Of a stretch of 41,259 nucleotides of DNA, positions 26,404 through 35,368 are shown one piece after another. Under the pieces are notes generated by a model. That model searched no databases, had not been told where the DNA came from, and worked only from the letters and a program-made list of their open reading frames with translations. Position numbers and translations under genes: made by a program. The stretch's first letter is position 1. Each line of letters begins with the position of its first letter. This DNA is from Chloroflexota bacterium (GTDB lineage Bacteria > Chloroflexota > Limnocylindria > QHBO01), in the NCBI GenBank assembly GCA_025937875.1, contig JAICQM010000003.1, positions 1 through 41,259 on the forward strand, written 5' to 3'.

Positions 26404-26589
26404 TCAGCCGCCGGTGACGATGATCAGCAGGAGCAGCACCAGGCAGAACGCGCCAGCCATCACGCCCACCCACCACATCGTGTTCAGCCGCCATCCCTCG
26501 CGCAGGTCCCTGGCCAGCAACTCGTCCATCGCCTGCTCGAGCTCCCGCTGACGCTCCTTGCGCTCGGCCGCAAGCTTGTCGCTGGTCAC
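26404..26589 (-). CDS. Small C-terminally anchored membrane protein (61 aa)
   Basis: GTGA overlap with upstream gene; charged helix then one TM (WWVGVMAGAFCLVLLLLIIV). Confidence 0.6.
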   Translation of the reverse strand: MTSDKLAAERKERQRELEQAMDELLARDLREGWRLNTMWWVGVMAGAFCLVLLLLIIVTGG

Positions 26590-26933
26590 GACCGCTTGCC
26601 CTCCATCCGCGCCAGCCGATCCTGGATATCGGTCAGCACCAGCATGGTCTCCTCGTCGGAATCGCGCGACTCGGTGCTGCCGCGATGGATGAGGAAGGCG
26701 GTGAAGATTGCCATCGTGAACAGCTGCAGGAACTCCGACTGCCAGTTCTCGAACGTTGCCTGCAGCCAGGGCCAGACGTAGCCGGACGCCCCGAACAGCG
26801 TCGCCGCCTCGCCGTGGGCCTCCTGCCGGCTGGCGAAGTCGACCCAGCCCGTCAGGGCCTGGAGGACCCAGCTCACCACGAAGAGGGCTGCCAGCACCAC
26901 GCTGAGGCCGTAATCCCGCACGAACTTGCCCAT
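26586..26933 (-). CDS. DUF6766-like membrane protein
   Basis: YGLSVVL..ATFENWQSEFLQL..GSTESRD; AGGAG SD. Confidence 0.8.
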   Translation of the reverse strand: MGKFVRDYGLSVVLAALFVVSWVLQALTGWVDFASRQEAHGEAATLFGASGYVWPWLQATFENWQSEFLQLFTMAIFTAFLIHRGSTESRDSDEETMLVLTDIQDRLARMEGKRS

Positions 26934-26944
26934 GTGCATCTCCT

Positions 26945-26973
26945 GTCTGCGCGACATTCGCGGTCTGCGCGAC
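26945..26973. repeat. Direct repeat GTCTGCGCGAC x2 (18-nt period)
   Basis: 26945-26955 and 26963-26973, in the predicted 5' UTR. Confidence 0.7.
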
Positions 26974-26980
26974 GCTCGAT

Positions 26981-26996
26981 TGCACACCGTGTGCCG
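26981..26996 (-). promoter_or_regulatory. sigma54-like element CGGCACACGGTGTGCA
   Basis: GG-N10-GC with GGCAC and TGCA. Confidence 0.5.
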
Positions 26997-26998
26997 AG

Positions 26999-28681
26999 TC
27001 AGGCCGACGCTGCGGACTCCCCTTCGGGCACCGCATCGCCCGGCGGCTGGGTCGGGATGCGCAGGGTGAAGGTGCTGCCACGGCCCTCCTCGCTTTCGGC
27101 GGTGAGGTCGCCGCCCATGCGGCGCGCCACTTCCCGTGCGCCGCTGAGACCAAGGCCGACGCCAGGCGCCCCCTTGGCCGTCGCGGCACGGTGGAAGCGC
27201 TGGAAGATCAGCGCCAGCTCTCCGGCCGGGATACCGACACCCTCGTCGGTGACCTTGACCGCGGCCTCGTCCGGCGTGGCCTCGACGCTGATCCGCACGG
27301 TGCTCCCCTCGGGGCTGAACTTGATCGCGTTGGAGAGCAGGTTCTCCAGGATGCGCTCGACGCGCGCCGGGTCGGTGAGCGCGATCGCGGGCTCGCGCGA
27401 CCGGTCGAGCACCAGCTCATGCGTCCCGTCCAGCTGGCGGTGCTCGTTGAGCGACCGCTCGACAATCGCGTTGAGGTCGACTGCCTCGGTCACCAACGGG
27501 ATCGGCTGTCCGGCGGTGATGAGCGAGACGTCCATGAGCTCCGACACGAAGTGGGCCATGCGGACGGTCGTCCGCTCCGCACGTTCCAGGAACTCGCCGA
27601 CTCGCTCGGCGCCCTCGAGGCGGCCAATTTGCCGCTGCGAGATCTGAAGGTAGCCGAGGATGGTCGCCAGCGGTGTACGCATGTCGTGCGAGAGCGTCGC
27701 GAGGAACTCGTCCCGCAGGCGAAGCGCCTGGGTCGTCTCGTGCATGAGCCGGGCGTTGTCGACTGCGAGTGCCGCCCGGCGCGCGAGCTCCAAGAGCAGC
27801 GGCAGGTCGTCGGACGAGTATGAGCGCGGGGTCTCTGCCCGCACCAACGACATGGCGCCGAGCACATTGCCGCGGGCGACCAGGGGCAGGATCACGGCCG
27901 AACGAATCCCGAGCGCCCGCATCCGCTCGAGATGCTCGTCGTCCTGAGCGTTCTGCGCGACGATATCGTCGGTCACCCTCTCGATGAGCACCGGCTCACC
28001 GGACCGGGCCACCGCCGCCGGACTGATCGGCGAGTTCGGATCCGGTGGATATCGCATCTGCAGCTCATTGGCCAGCGCCACCTTTGCCGCATCCGCGTGG
28101 GCCACCGCGACCCGGTTGGTGCGCCCGGCGTCGAGCACGTCGACCACGCACCAATCGGCCAGTTCCGGCACGACCGTATCGGCGAGGTCCTGGAGCGTCT
28201 CTCCGTAGTCGGATGACCGACCGAGAACATCGGCCGCATCGGCCAGGACGCGCAGGCTGACCTCACGTTGCTTGAGCTTGGTCACATCCTGGAAGGCGTT
28301 GACGACGTACCTGGCCGAAGCCTCGTTTTGGATGGCAACCGAGCGCACGAGCGACCAGCGCTCGATGCCGCGGGCTCGATCGATGAAATGGATCAGCGCT
28401 TCCGGCGCCTCCTCACCCTCCAGGGCGCGCCGTCCGGGAAGCTGGTCCAGCTGGAGAGCATTGCCGCCCTCGTCGAGAAGCTCGTAGGAGGCCATGACGC
28501 TGGCCAGTGGTGCGGCCAGCAGGGCAGCTGCATCGGGGAACCCCATGAGCTCGGCGGCGGCGCCGTTGGCGTAGACCAACCGCCCATCGGCTCCCTGCAC
28601 GGTGATCGCGTCGCGGGCATGCTGGAGGATCAGCCCCAGGTCGATGTCCCCGACCGAGGCGTCAGCCCGGGGATCAGCCAT
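26999..28681 (-). CDS. Cytoplasmic PAS-GAF sensor histidine kinase
   Basis: PAS (DAITVQ..YAN), GAF (ADWCVVD), LSHDMRTPL H-box, NLLSNAIKF, DEGVGI, GVGLGL. Confidence 0.92.
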   Translation of the reverse strand: MADPRADASVGDIDLGLILQHARDAITVQGADGRLVYANGAAAELMGFPDAAALLAAPLASVMASYELLDEGGNALQLDQLPGRRALEGEEAPEALIHFIDRARGIERWSLVRSVAIQNEASARYVVNAFQDVTKLKQREVSLRVLADAADVLGRSSDYGETLQDLADTVVPELADWCVVDVLDAGRTNRVAVAHADAAKVALANELQMRYPPDPNSPISPAAVARSGEPVLIERVTDDIVAQNAQDDEHLERMRALGIRSAVILPLVARGNVLGAMSLVRAETPRSYSSDDLPLLLELARRAALAVDNARLMHETTQALRLRDEFLATLSHDMRTPLATILGYLQISQRQIGRLEGAERVGEFLERAERTTVRMAHFVSELMDVSLITAGQPIPLVTEAVDLNAIVERSLNEHRQLDGTHELVLDRSREPAIALTDPARVERILENLLSNAIKFSPEGSTVRISVEATPDEAAVKVTDEGVGIPAGELALIFQRFHRAATAKGAPGVGLGLSGAREVARRMGGDLTAESEEGRGSTFTLRIPTQPPGDAVPEGESAASA

Positions 28682-29066
28682 GACGGCCCTTCCCGTTCGA
28701 ACCGCCGCAGGCATCCTCGACGATGCCGACGAGACGCCCGAGGTCGATGGGCTTCTGCAGCCAGGCATGGGCGCCCAAGCGCTCCGCTTCCTCCGCGATG
28801 CGGTAGTACGCGGCCACGATGATGAGCGGGAGATGGTCCCAGCGGTCGTTGGCACGCAGCCGTGCGACGAGCTCCCAGCCGCTCATCCGGGGCATGCGAA
28901 GATCGAGGAGCAGGACGCACGGCGTCCACTCCCCGTCCAGGATCTCGAGCGCGTCGACGCCGTCGCGGGCGGCAATCACCTCGAAACCGCCATCCGATAG
29001 CACTTCCTGGTAGATCGTTCGGAGCTCGGGATCATCCTCCACGACGAGGACCGAGCGGTCGGCCAT
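28674..29066 (-). CDS. Single-domain response regulator receiver
   Basis: VVEDD, LLDLRMP, QKPID; Ala at the usual Thr/Ser position; GGAG SD. Confidence 0.88.
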   Translation of the reverse strand: MADRSVLVVEDDPELRTIYQEVLSDGGFEVIAARDGVDALEILDGEWTPCVLLLDLRMPRMSGWELVARLRANDRWDHLPLIIVAAYYRIAEEAERLGAHAWLQKPIDLGRLVGIVEDACGGSNGKGRHG

Positions 29067-29133
29067 GCAGGTCTCCAGTAACACTGGGAGCGGGATAACG
29101 ATTGCGAGCGACGGACGCTGCCCTCCCATTTCC

Positions 29134-29149
29134 GGCACGTAGCGTGCCA
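29134..29149 (-). promoter_or_regulatory. sigma54-like element TGGCACGCTACGTGCC
   Basis: TGGCACG and GG-N10-GC; upstream of receiver-kinase operon. Confidence 0.5.
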
Positions 29150-29202
29150 GACGTCACGAATTGCGGGGTGTGCCTACCCGCACGTCGCGAAATCCGCCAT
29201 CA

Positions 29203-30330
29203 CTAATCGCGTCGCAGGTAGGCGCGCAACAGGTCGGCCAGGTCGGGAATCGCGGCGTCACGCATGCGGTACGTGGTCACCCGGCTCCGATCCGTCAGCG
29301 CCTGGACCAGGCCGGCGTCGACCAGCATGGTCAGGTGGTGGCGCACCGTGGAGCGGGGCCAGCCCGTGCGCTCGATCAGGTCGCGCATCGTGTGATCGCT
29401 GTCGCGGACGAGGTACAGCAGCTGCAGCCGCATCTCGTCGGCCAGCGCATTGGCCGTGGCGAGCAGGCGGCCGTGGGCCCCGATCTCGAGCTCGGCTTCC
29501 CCATCGGTATCGGTCTGCTTCTTGGCCGGCCACGCGGAAGCCATGTCCTGCGGATAGAGGTAGGTCAGGGTATCGCGGTGCTCGAGGAAGTACACGTAGG
29601 GCCGCACGATGGTCGAGGTGATGAGCTGCACCCGCCGGACGCCGTCCATCGGCAGCGGGCGCCCGCCGACGAGCTCGGAAGCGGTCGCCAGCGGATCCGC
29701 GGCCCGCGCGATCGTCTCGCGGTCGGTCGCGGCTCGTTCCGCCAGCACGGGCGCCGTCAGCTGCTCCCACGGCGCGTACACCGTGGCCCGCCAGCCGGCG
29801 ATCAGCTCCACCAGCTCGGCGCGCACGGTGGTCGGATCCCGAGCCATCAGGTAGCCGATGGCAGCCTGCCAGCTCGTATCGGAACGGCTCGCCAGCCGCC
29901 GGTAGCGCGCAGCGGCCTCCGATGATCCCGCGGCAGCATCCGCAATCAGCCCGTCGGGAACGGTGCGCAGCACCGGCCGGTTGTGACCGCCCAGGAGCGT
30001 CGTGCGCAGCTCGATGGGATCGACGCGCGACAGGCGCTCGAGCAGGCCATCCACTCCGAGGCCGTCGGTGGCTCCGAGGTCCATGGCCGCCCCCATGACG
30101 TGATCCCAGAACAGGAGGGAGCCTCCGGCGTAAGTACGGATGCGCGTCGCCAACGGACCACCGGTCCGGGCCGCACGACGGAACCAGCTGGTCCCCACGT
30201 CGTAGGAGGGGCGGTGCTCGTCGGGGGCGCAGAACGCGAACACCGTGGCCAGCAGCTCCATCGAGCTGCTGGAGGTCACCTGGACGGCCGCGGCACCAGG
30301 TAGCGCGGGAGCGGGAGTCGTGCGCGCCAT
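29203..30330 (-). CDS. ArsR/SmtB-type regulator with large N-terminal domain
   Basis: C-terminal ALADEMRLQLL..STVRHHLTMLVDAGLV; TATCGT 8 nt before ATG. Confidence 0.8.
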   Translation of the reverse strand: MARTTPAPALPGAAAVQVTSSSSMELLATVFAFCAPDEHRPSYDVGTSWFRRAARTGGPLATRIRTYAGGSLLFWDHVMGAAMDLGATDGLGVDGLLERLSRVDPIELRTTLLGGHNRPVLRTVPDGLIADAAAGSSEAAARYRRLASRSDTSWQAAIGYLMARDPTTVRAELVELIAGWRATVYAPWEQLTAPVLAERAATDRETIARAADPLATASELVGGRPLPMDGVRRVQLITSTIVRPYVYFLEHRDTLTYLYPQDMASAWPAKKQTDTDGEAELEIGAHGRLLATANALADEMRLQLLYLVRDSDHTMRDLIERTGWPRSTVRHHLTMLVDAGLVQALTDRSRVTTYRMRDAAIPDLADLLRAYLRRD

Positions 30331-30516
30331 GTGACGCCACGATACCAATCCGGTCCACGCTCGTCCTTCGCCAGAAGGCCAGTTTCTTCGCCACCGCGCA
30401 AGAAAGTTGAACCTATGGCGGGCTTTCTGAGTAGGCACAGTTGCGAGGGTCGGGTGCGCTGCGTGGTCGTGGTGCACCGGCCACTCCACCTACCCCACTC
30501 ATTCAGGAGGAGGTTC

Positions 30517-32181
30517 ATGAGGCGTCTCATTCCCGCCCTCGTGCTCGCCCTGGTCGTCTCCGCGTGTGGCGGCGGCAACCCCGGCGAGAGCCCCGGTGCG
30601 GCCGGCGAGTCCGGCGCACCCCCATCCGATGACGTCGAGCAGGTACTTCGCGTCAACCTGGGCAACGAGCCACCGACGCTCGATCCGACCCTCGCCGAGG
30701 ACAGCGTCGCCATCAACGTGCTGCGCAGCATCACGCGACCGCTGGCCTACTACGACGAGAACCTGGAGGTCGTTCCCGGCCTGGCCGAGAGCTGGGAGAT
30801 CAGCGAGGACGGCCAGACGATCACGTTCACGCTCAAGCAGGGCATCACCTACAGCGACGGCTCGCCAATCGTGGCCGAGGACTTCGTGCGGAGCTGGAAG
30901 CGCCTCGTCGATCCGCGCAATGCGGCGAGCTATGCCTACGTGATGGCCGACGTGGTTGGCGGCGAGGAGCTCCTCGGCGTCGACACCGAGACCGCCACGG
31001 ATGAGGACATCGAGGCCCTGCTCGACGCGTTCGGCGTCAGCGCCCCCGACGAGTCCACCTTCGTGGTCAGCCTGGCCCGGCCCGCGGCGTACTTCGTGTA
31101 CATCACCGCGCTGTGGATGACGGTCCCGCAGCCCGACGGGGCCGAGTTCAGCGAAGCTGACGGCTACGTCGGCAGCGGCCCGATGAAGCTCGTCGAGTGG
31201 GACCACTCGGCGCAGATCGTGCTCGAGCCCAACGAGAACTGGACCGCCGGTCCGGCTCCGACGATCGAGCGCATCGAGATGGCCATGATCCAGGATCCGG
31301 CCGCCGGGCTGGCCGCCTACGAGGCGGGAGAGATCGATGTCTCGCTCGTCCCGACCCAGGAGATCAGTCGCATCCAGGGTGACCCGGTGCTCTCGAACGA
31401 GGTCCTCCAGGGCGACGTCCTGTCCATCTACTACTTCGGCTTCGACCTCAAGGATCCCGAGGGACCCTTCACCAACAGCGTCCTGCTTCGCCAGGCGTTC
31501 AACGAGGCGATCGACAAGGAGACCATGATCGCCACCACGTTCGCCGGGCTCGGTACGCCTGCTCATAGCCTCGTGCCGCCGGGCATGCCCGGGCACCAGG
31601 ACTTCGACCTCTACCCGTACGACCCGGAGAAGGCCAAGGCCGACTTCGACCAGGCGCTGGACGACCTCGGCCTGAGTGCCGATGAGCTGGCCCTGGAGGT
31701 CGGGTTCAACACCGATGCCAACCACGAGGACAAGGTGGCCTTCCTGCAGGAGCAGTGGCGCCAGGCCTTCGGCATCGATGTGACGCCCGCCGGCCTGGAG
31801 TGGGGCGCCTATCTCGATCGGCTCAATACCGATCCGTTCGACATCTTCCGCCTCGGTTGGGGCGCGGACTACCCGCACCCGAACAACTTCCTGACCGACC
31901 TGATGGTCTGTGGCGGCGGCAACAACAACATGGGCTACTGCAACGAGGAGGTCGATGCGCTGCTGCAGGAAGCTGCCGTGGCCCCGACGCTCGAGGAGCA
32001 GCTGCCCCTGTACAACCAGGCCCAGGAGATGATCATGGCCGACGCCCCGATCCTTCCCCTGCGCTTCGGGGCCCAGTTCACGCTCGTGAAGCCGTGGGTC
32101 CAGAACCTGGTTGCCACCGCCCAGGACAGCAATGCCGGTGAGCTCTTCTACGACCAGGTGACCATCGCCGCGCACGACTGA
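30517..32181 (+). CDS. oppA: Peptide ABC transporter substrate-binding lipoprotein (OppA, family 5)
   Basis: VVSAC lipobox, EPPTLDP, PGLAESW, YSDGSPIVAEDFV.SW.R, RLGWGADYPHP; AGGAGG SD. Confidence 0.9.
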   Translation: MRRLIPALVLALVVSACGGGNPGESPGAAGESGAPPSDDVEQVLRVNLGNEPPTLDPTLAEDSVAINVLRSITRPLAYYDENLEVVPGLAESWEISEDGQTITFTLKQGITYSDGSPIVAEDFVRSWKRLVDPRNAASYAYVMADVVGGEELLGVDTETATDEDIEALLDAFGVSAPDESTFVVSLARPAAYFVYITALWMTVPQPDGAEFSEADGYVGSGPMKLVEWDHSAQIVLEPNENWTAGPAPTIERIEMAMIQDPAAGLAAYEAGEIDVSLVPTQEISRIQGDPVLSNEVLQGDVLSIYYFGFDLKDPEGPFTNSVLLRQAFNEAIDKETMIATTFAGLGTPAHSLVPPGMPGHQDFDLYPYDPEKAKADFDQALDDLGLSADELALEVGFNTDANHEDKVAFLQEQWRQAFGIDVTPAGLEWGAYLDRLNTDPFDIFRLGWGADYPHPNNFLTDLMVCGGGNNNMGYCNEEVDALLQEAAVAPTLEEQLPLYNQAQEMIMADAPILPLRFGAQFTLVKPWVQNLVATAQDSNAGELFYDQVTIAAHD

Positions 32182-32198
32182 CGTCGCGGCTCTCCCAG

Positions 32199-32229
32199 GG
32201 AGGGGCGGGTTCCGACGGCCCGCCTCTCC
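32199..32229 (+). terminator. Hairpin after oppA
   Basis: GGAGGGGCGGG / CCCGCCTCTCC stem. Confidence 0.55.
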
Positions 32230-32267
32230 CGTCGTTCACGCGTATCCCCGGGGGCTCGGAGGACGGA

Positions 32268-32564
32268 ATGCAGGCACGCGCGGATCGAACCTACCAGACC
32301 CGCGACTTCTACTTCGCGGCCACGCTGTGCGCACTGGGCATGGAGCTCATCGACCTCGATCGCGCCGACCCCCGGCATGCCGGCTTCGTCTTCCGGGACG
32401 ACCGCCGCCGTCGCGAATGGACGCGGCAGTACTTCGCCGGCGAGCTTCGCCTCGACCCGGTCCTGCTGTTCAACTCGTCGCGGGGGCTGAAGCGGGCGGT
32501 CTACGAAACCGGACAGCCGCTCCCGATTCGTGTCATGCCGCGCGAGGCGATGGCGGCCAGCTGA
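32268..32564 (+). CDS. DUF5659-like small protein
   Basis: YQTRDFYFAATL..G..L..FVF..YFAGELRLDP..LKRAVY; GGAGG SD. Confidence 0.7.
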   Translation: MQARADRTYQTRDFYFAATLCALGMELIDLDRADPRHAGFVFRDDRRRREWTRQYFAGELRLDPVLLFNSSRGLKRAVYETGQPLPIRVMPREAMAAS

Positions 32565-32567
32565 CCG

Positions 32568-35309
32568 TCAGCCCTCCGCCATCAGGCGCCGCCCAGCCTC
32601 GTGGGACGCGGCCGGGCGACCGAACAGGAATCCCTGGCCGAGCTCGCAACCCAGCTCGGCGAGCACCTCCCGCTGCGCTGCGGTCTCGATCCCCTCCGCG
32701 ATCACCCGCAGGCCCAGGGTCCGGCCGAGGTCCAGGATGGCGCTCGCCACGATGCGGTCGTCGGGCCGCGTGTCGATGGTGGAGACGAAGGATCGATCCA
32801 GCTTGAGGATGTCGATGGGCAGGCGGCGGAGGTAGCTGAACGAGCTGTAGCCGGTCCCGAAATCGTCGATCGCGAGCAGGACACCCAGGTTCTTGAGGGC
32901 GCGAAGCTGCGCGATGCGCTCCTCGGTGTCGTCGAGCAGGGCGCTCTCGGTGATTTCCAGCACCAGCGTCCCGGGCGGAAGCTCGTGCTCCACGAGGGCC
33001 CGCCGCACCCGCTCCACGAGCGACGGGTCGCGCAGCTGGGCCACCGACAGGTTGACGCTCATCAGCCGTTGCGCACCACCGGCGGTCTGCCAGCCGCCGT
33101 TCGCGCGCCACGCCACCGCCTGGCGGCAGGCGGTCTCCAGGGCCCAGCGTCCGATGGGCACCAGCAGGCCCGTCTCCTCCGCCGCCGCGAGGAAGGTGGT
33201 GGGGACCAGGGTGCCCTGCTCGGCATGGTTCCAGCGCAGGAGCGCCTCGACGCCGGCGTGCTCGCCCCCCGCCAGTTCCACGATGGGCTGGTACACGACC
33301 TCCAGCTCCCCGCGCTCCAGGGCACGTTCGAGGTCGGTGCGCAGCTGGAGCCGGGCCATGGCCGCTCCGTGCATCGACGGCGCGAAGATCTCGTAGCGGC
33401 CCTTGCCCTTGAGCTTGGCCTGGTACATCGCCACGTCGGCGTTGCGGAGCAGGGCATCGGCATCCTCCACCTCGACGTCGTCCGAGCCGGTGACGGCGAT
33501 ACCGATGCTGGCGCGCATCGCCATCGCGCGTCCGTGCAGGGTGAACGGTTCGCGAAGCGCTTCCAGCACCCGCCTCGCCACGCCTTCGGCGACGCGAACG
33601 GTGACCCGTTCGTCGAGGAGCACCGCGAACTCGTCGCCGCCGACGCGGGCCGCGGTGTCCCCGGCACGCAGGCAATCCACCAGCCGCTGGCCGATGGCGC
33701 CCAGCAGGTCGTCGCCCGCGGCATGGCCGAGCCCGTCGTTGACGGCCTTGAAGTCATCGAGGTCGAGGAAGAGGACGGCAAGCGGCGTCGACGGACCCGT
33801 GCGTCGCGAGCGCCGGTCGAGGGCGTTCTGCAGGCGATCGGTGAAGAGGGCGCGGTTGGCGAGGCCGGTGAGCGGGTCGTGGAACGCCTGATGCTTGAGC
33901 TGCTGTTCCAGCGCACGGCGCTGGGTCACGTCGCGATAGTTGACGACGATGCCGCGGATGGCGGGATCCCCGAGCAGGTTGCGCGCGACCGCCTCGACGT
34001 GGCACCACGTGCCGTCCGCACGGCGCAGGCGATACTCGGCACTCCGTTCGCTGCCGGCCACCGCGACGATCTCGTCGATCAGCTGCGCGACGTAGGCCAC
34101 ATCGTCGGGATGAACCAGGTCGAGCCCGTTGAGGCCGGTCAGCTCGTCGGAGCGGTAGCCCAGCACGCCGCTCACCGCCGGGCTCAGGTAGAGGCAGGTC
34201 CCGTCGGCGGCCATGATCGTGGTCACGTCGCTGGCGTTCTGGACCAGCGAGCGGAAGCGCCGCTCGTTGCGACGGAGCGAGGTCGTCACCCCGGCCAGGC
34301 GGACGAGGACGAGGCCCGTGACCGCGATGGTCGCGATGCCGAGCGGCAGCTTGCCGCCGGGCACCAGCGCGACCTCGCCGGCCAGCATCAACGGACCGAT
34401 GAGCGAGGCGAGCCCGAGCACGGCGAGGCGCCGGGCGCTCAGGCCCGGCTCGCCGATCCGGCCCGCCGCGGCCTCGCTGGCCACGGACGGGTGCAGGGCT
34501 GCCATGGCCAGCGCGACGTACGAGCCCAGCCAGAGCAGGTCGACGGGGTCACCGGAGACGTAGAGGCCGGCGGCCGAGAGCAGGCTGAAGGCGACGTCGG
34601 CGGCCAACATGAGTGCCAGGCTCAGGATGAGCAGGCGCGGGGCGGTGAGGCGTGCCGCCGGCGCGAAGGCGAGGCGGGCCACGATCCCGATCAGGACGAC
34701 GTCCATCACCGGGTAGGCGACCAGCACCAGGCGCTCGAAGGTCCCGATCGCGGGATCGGTGGCGATGGGCTGGATGAGGGCAATCCAGGCAACGATGCCG
34801 AAGCCCACTGCCACGATCGCCGCATCCACCACGCGCGCGTGGCCGGTTCCCGGATGTCGCTCGTGCACGAGCTGGACGCAGGCCAGGCCGATGAGCGGGT
34901 ATCCGGCGAGGTACAGCGCGTCACCCAGCGATGGGAACGGGCTGGTGGCGAGCACCAGCTCGTGGTAGGCCCAGACGGCGTCGCCGGCACTGAAGGCCAG
35001 CTGCCCGGCCGCGATCAGGACCCACGGCAACCAACGAGCGGGCCGATGGCGCTGCAGGCTCCACGCGATGGCGAAGACCGGCAGCAGCCCCATGACTTGG
35101 TAGATCCCGGCCTGGATCGGGGCAGAGCTGACGAGCAGGTACAGGGCCAGCAGCCCGGCCCCCACGAGGCCGATGAGCTGCCAGGGCGCCGGCAATCGCG
35201 AGGTGGGCAGCGCGACCGGCCCGCCGATGGGCAGGCTCCGGGTCGCCGGGTCACGCGTCGTTGCAGCCCTGGTCAACGGCTCCGGGAATGCGGGGTTGGG
35301 TGGGCGCAC
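32568..35309 (-). CDS. Membrane PAS-GGDEF-EAL diguanylate cyclase/phosphodiesterase
   Basis: N-terminal TM region, PAS, RAGD I-site, GGDEF, EAL, DDFGTGYSS; start uncertain. Confidence 0.93.
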   Translation of the reverse strand: MRPPNPAFPEPLTRAATTRDPATRSLPIGGPVALPTSRLPAPWQLIGLVGAGLLALYLLVSSAPIQAGIYQVMGLLPVFAIAWSLQRHRPARWLPWVLIAAGQLAFSAGDAVWAYHELVLATSPFPSLGDALYLAGYPLIGLACVQLVHERHPGTGHARVVDAAIVAVGFGIVAWIALIQPIATDPAIGTFERLVLVAYPVMDVVLIGIVARLAFAPAARLTAPRLLILSLALMLAADVAFSLLSAAGLYVSGDPVDLLWLGSYVALAMAALHPSVASEAAAGRIGEPGLSARRLAVLGLASLIGPLMLAGEVALVPGGKLPLGIATIAVTGLVLVRLAGVTTSLRRNERRFRSLVQNASDVTTIMAADGTCLYLSPAVSGVLGYRSDELTGLNGLDLVHPDDVAYVAQLIDEIVAVAGSERSAEYRLRRADGTWCHVEAVARNLLGDPAIRGIVVNYRDVTQRRALEQQLKHQAFHDPLTGLANRALFTDRLQNALDRRSRRTGPSTPLAVLFLDLDDFKAVNDGLGHAAGDDLLGAIGQRLVDCLRAGDTAARVGGDEFAVLLDERVTVRVAEGVARRVLEALREPFTLHGRAMAMRASIGIAVTGSDDVEVEDADALLRNADVAMYQAKLKGKGRYEIFAPSMHGAAMARLQLRTDLERALERGELEVVYQPIVELAGGEHAGVEALLRWNHAEQGTLVPTTFLAAAEETGLLVPIGRWALETACRQAVAWRANGGWQTAGGAQRLMSVNLSVAQLRDPSLVERVRRALVEHELPPGTLVLEITESALLDDTEERIAQLRALKNLGVLLAIDDFGTGYSSFSYLRRLPIDILKLDRSFVSTIDTRPDDRIVASAILDLGRTLGLRVIAEGIETAAQREVLAELGCELGQGFLFGRPAASHEAGRRLMAEG

Positions 35310-35368
35310 CGTAGCCCGCCGGTCCGGCTGGCGGAATGGGCCGATCGGGCTATGCGTAGCATGGCGCC

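Noticed and set aside
21540-30320. tRNA-Gly as a genomic-island attachment site
   Set aside because: No integrase; only about 10-bp inverted matches to the tRNA 3' end (near 29090 and 30310), compatible with chance
30331-30516. Riboswitch or T-box upstream of oppA
   Set aside because: No recognisable SAM, TPP, cobalamin or T-box core sequence; only a simple hairpin
35338-35351. Additional DosR-like box GGGCCG-AT-CGGGCT
   Set aside because: Single copy without the 23-nt spacing; likely chance in GC-rich DNA
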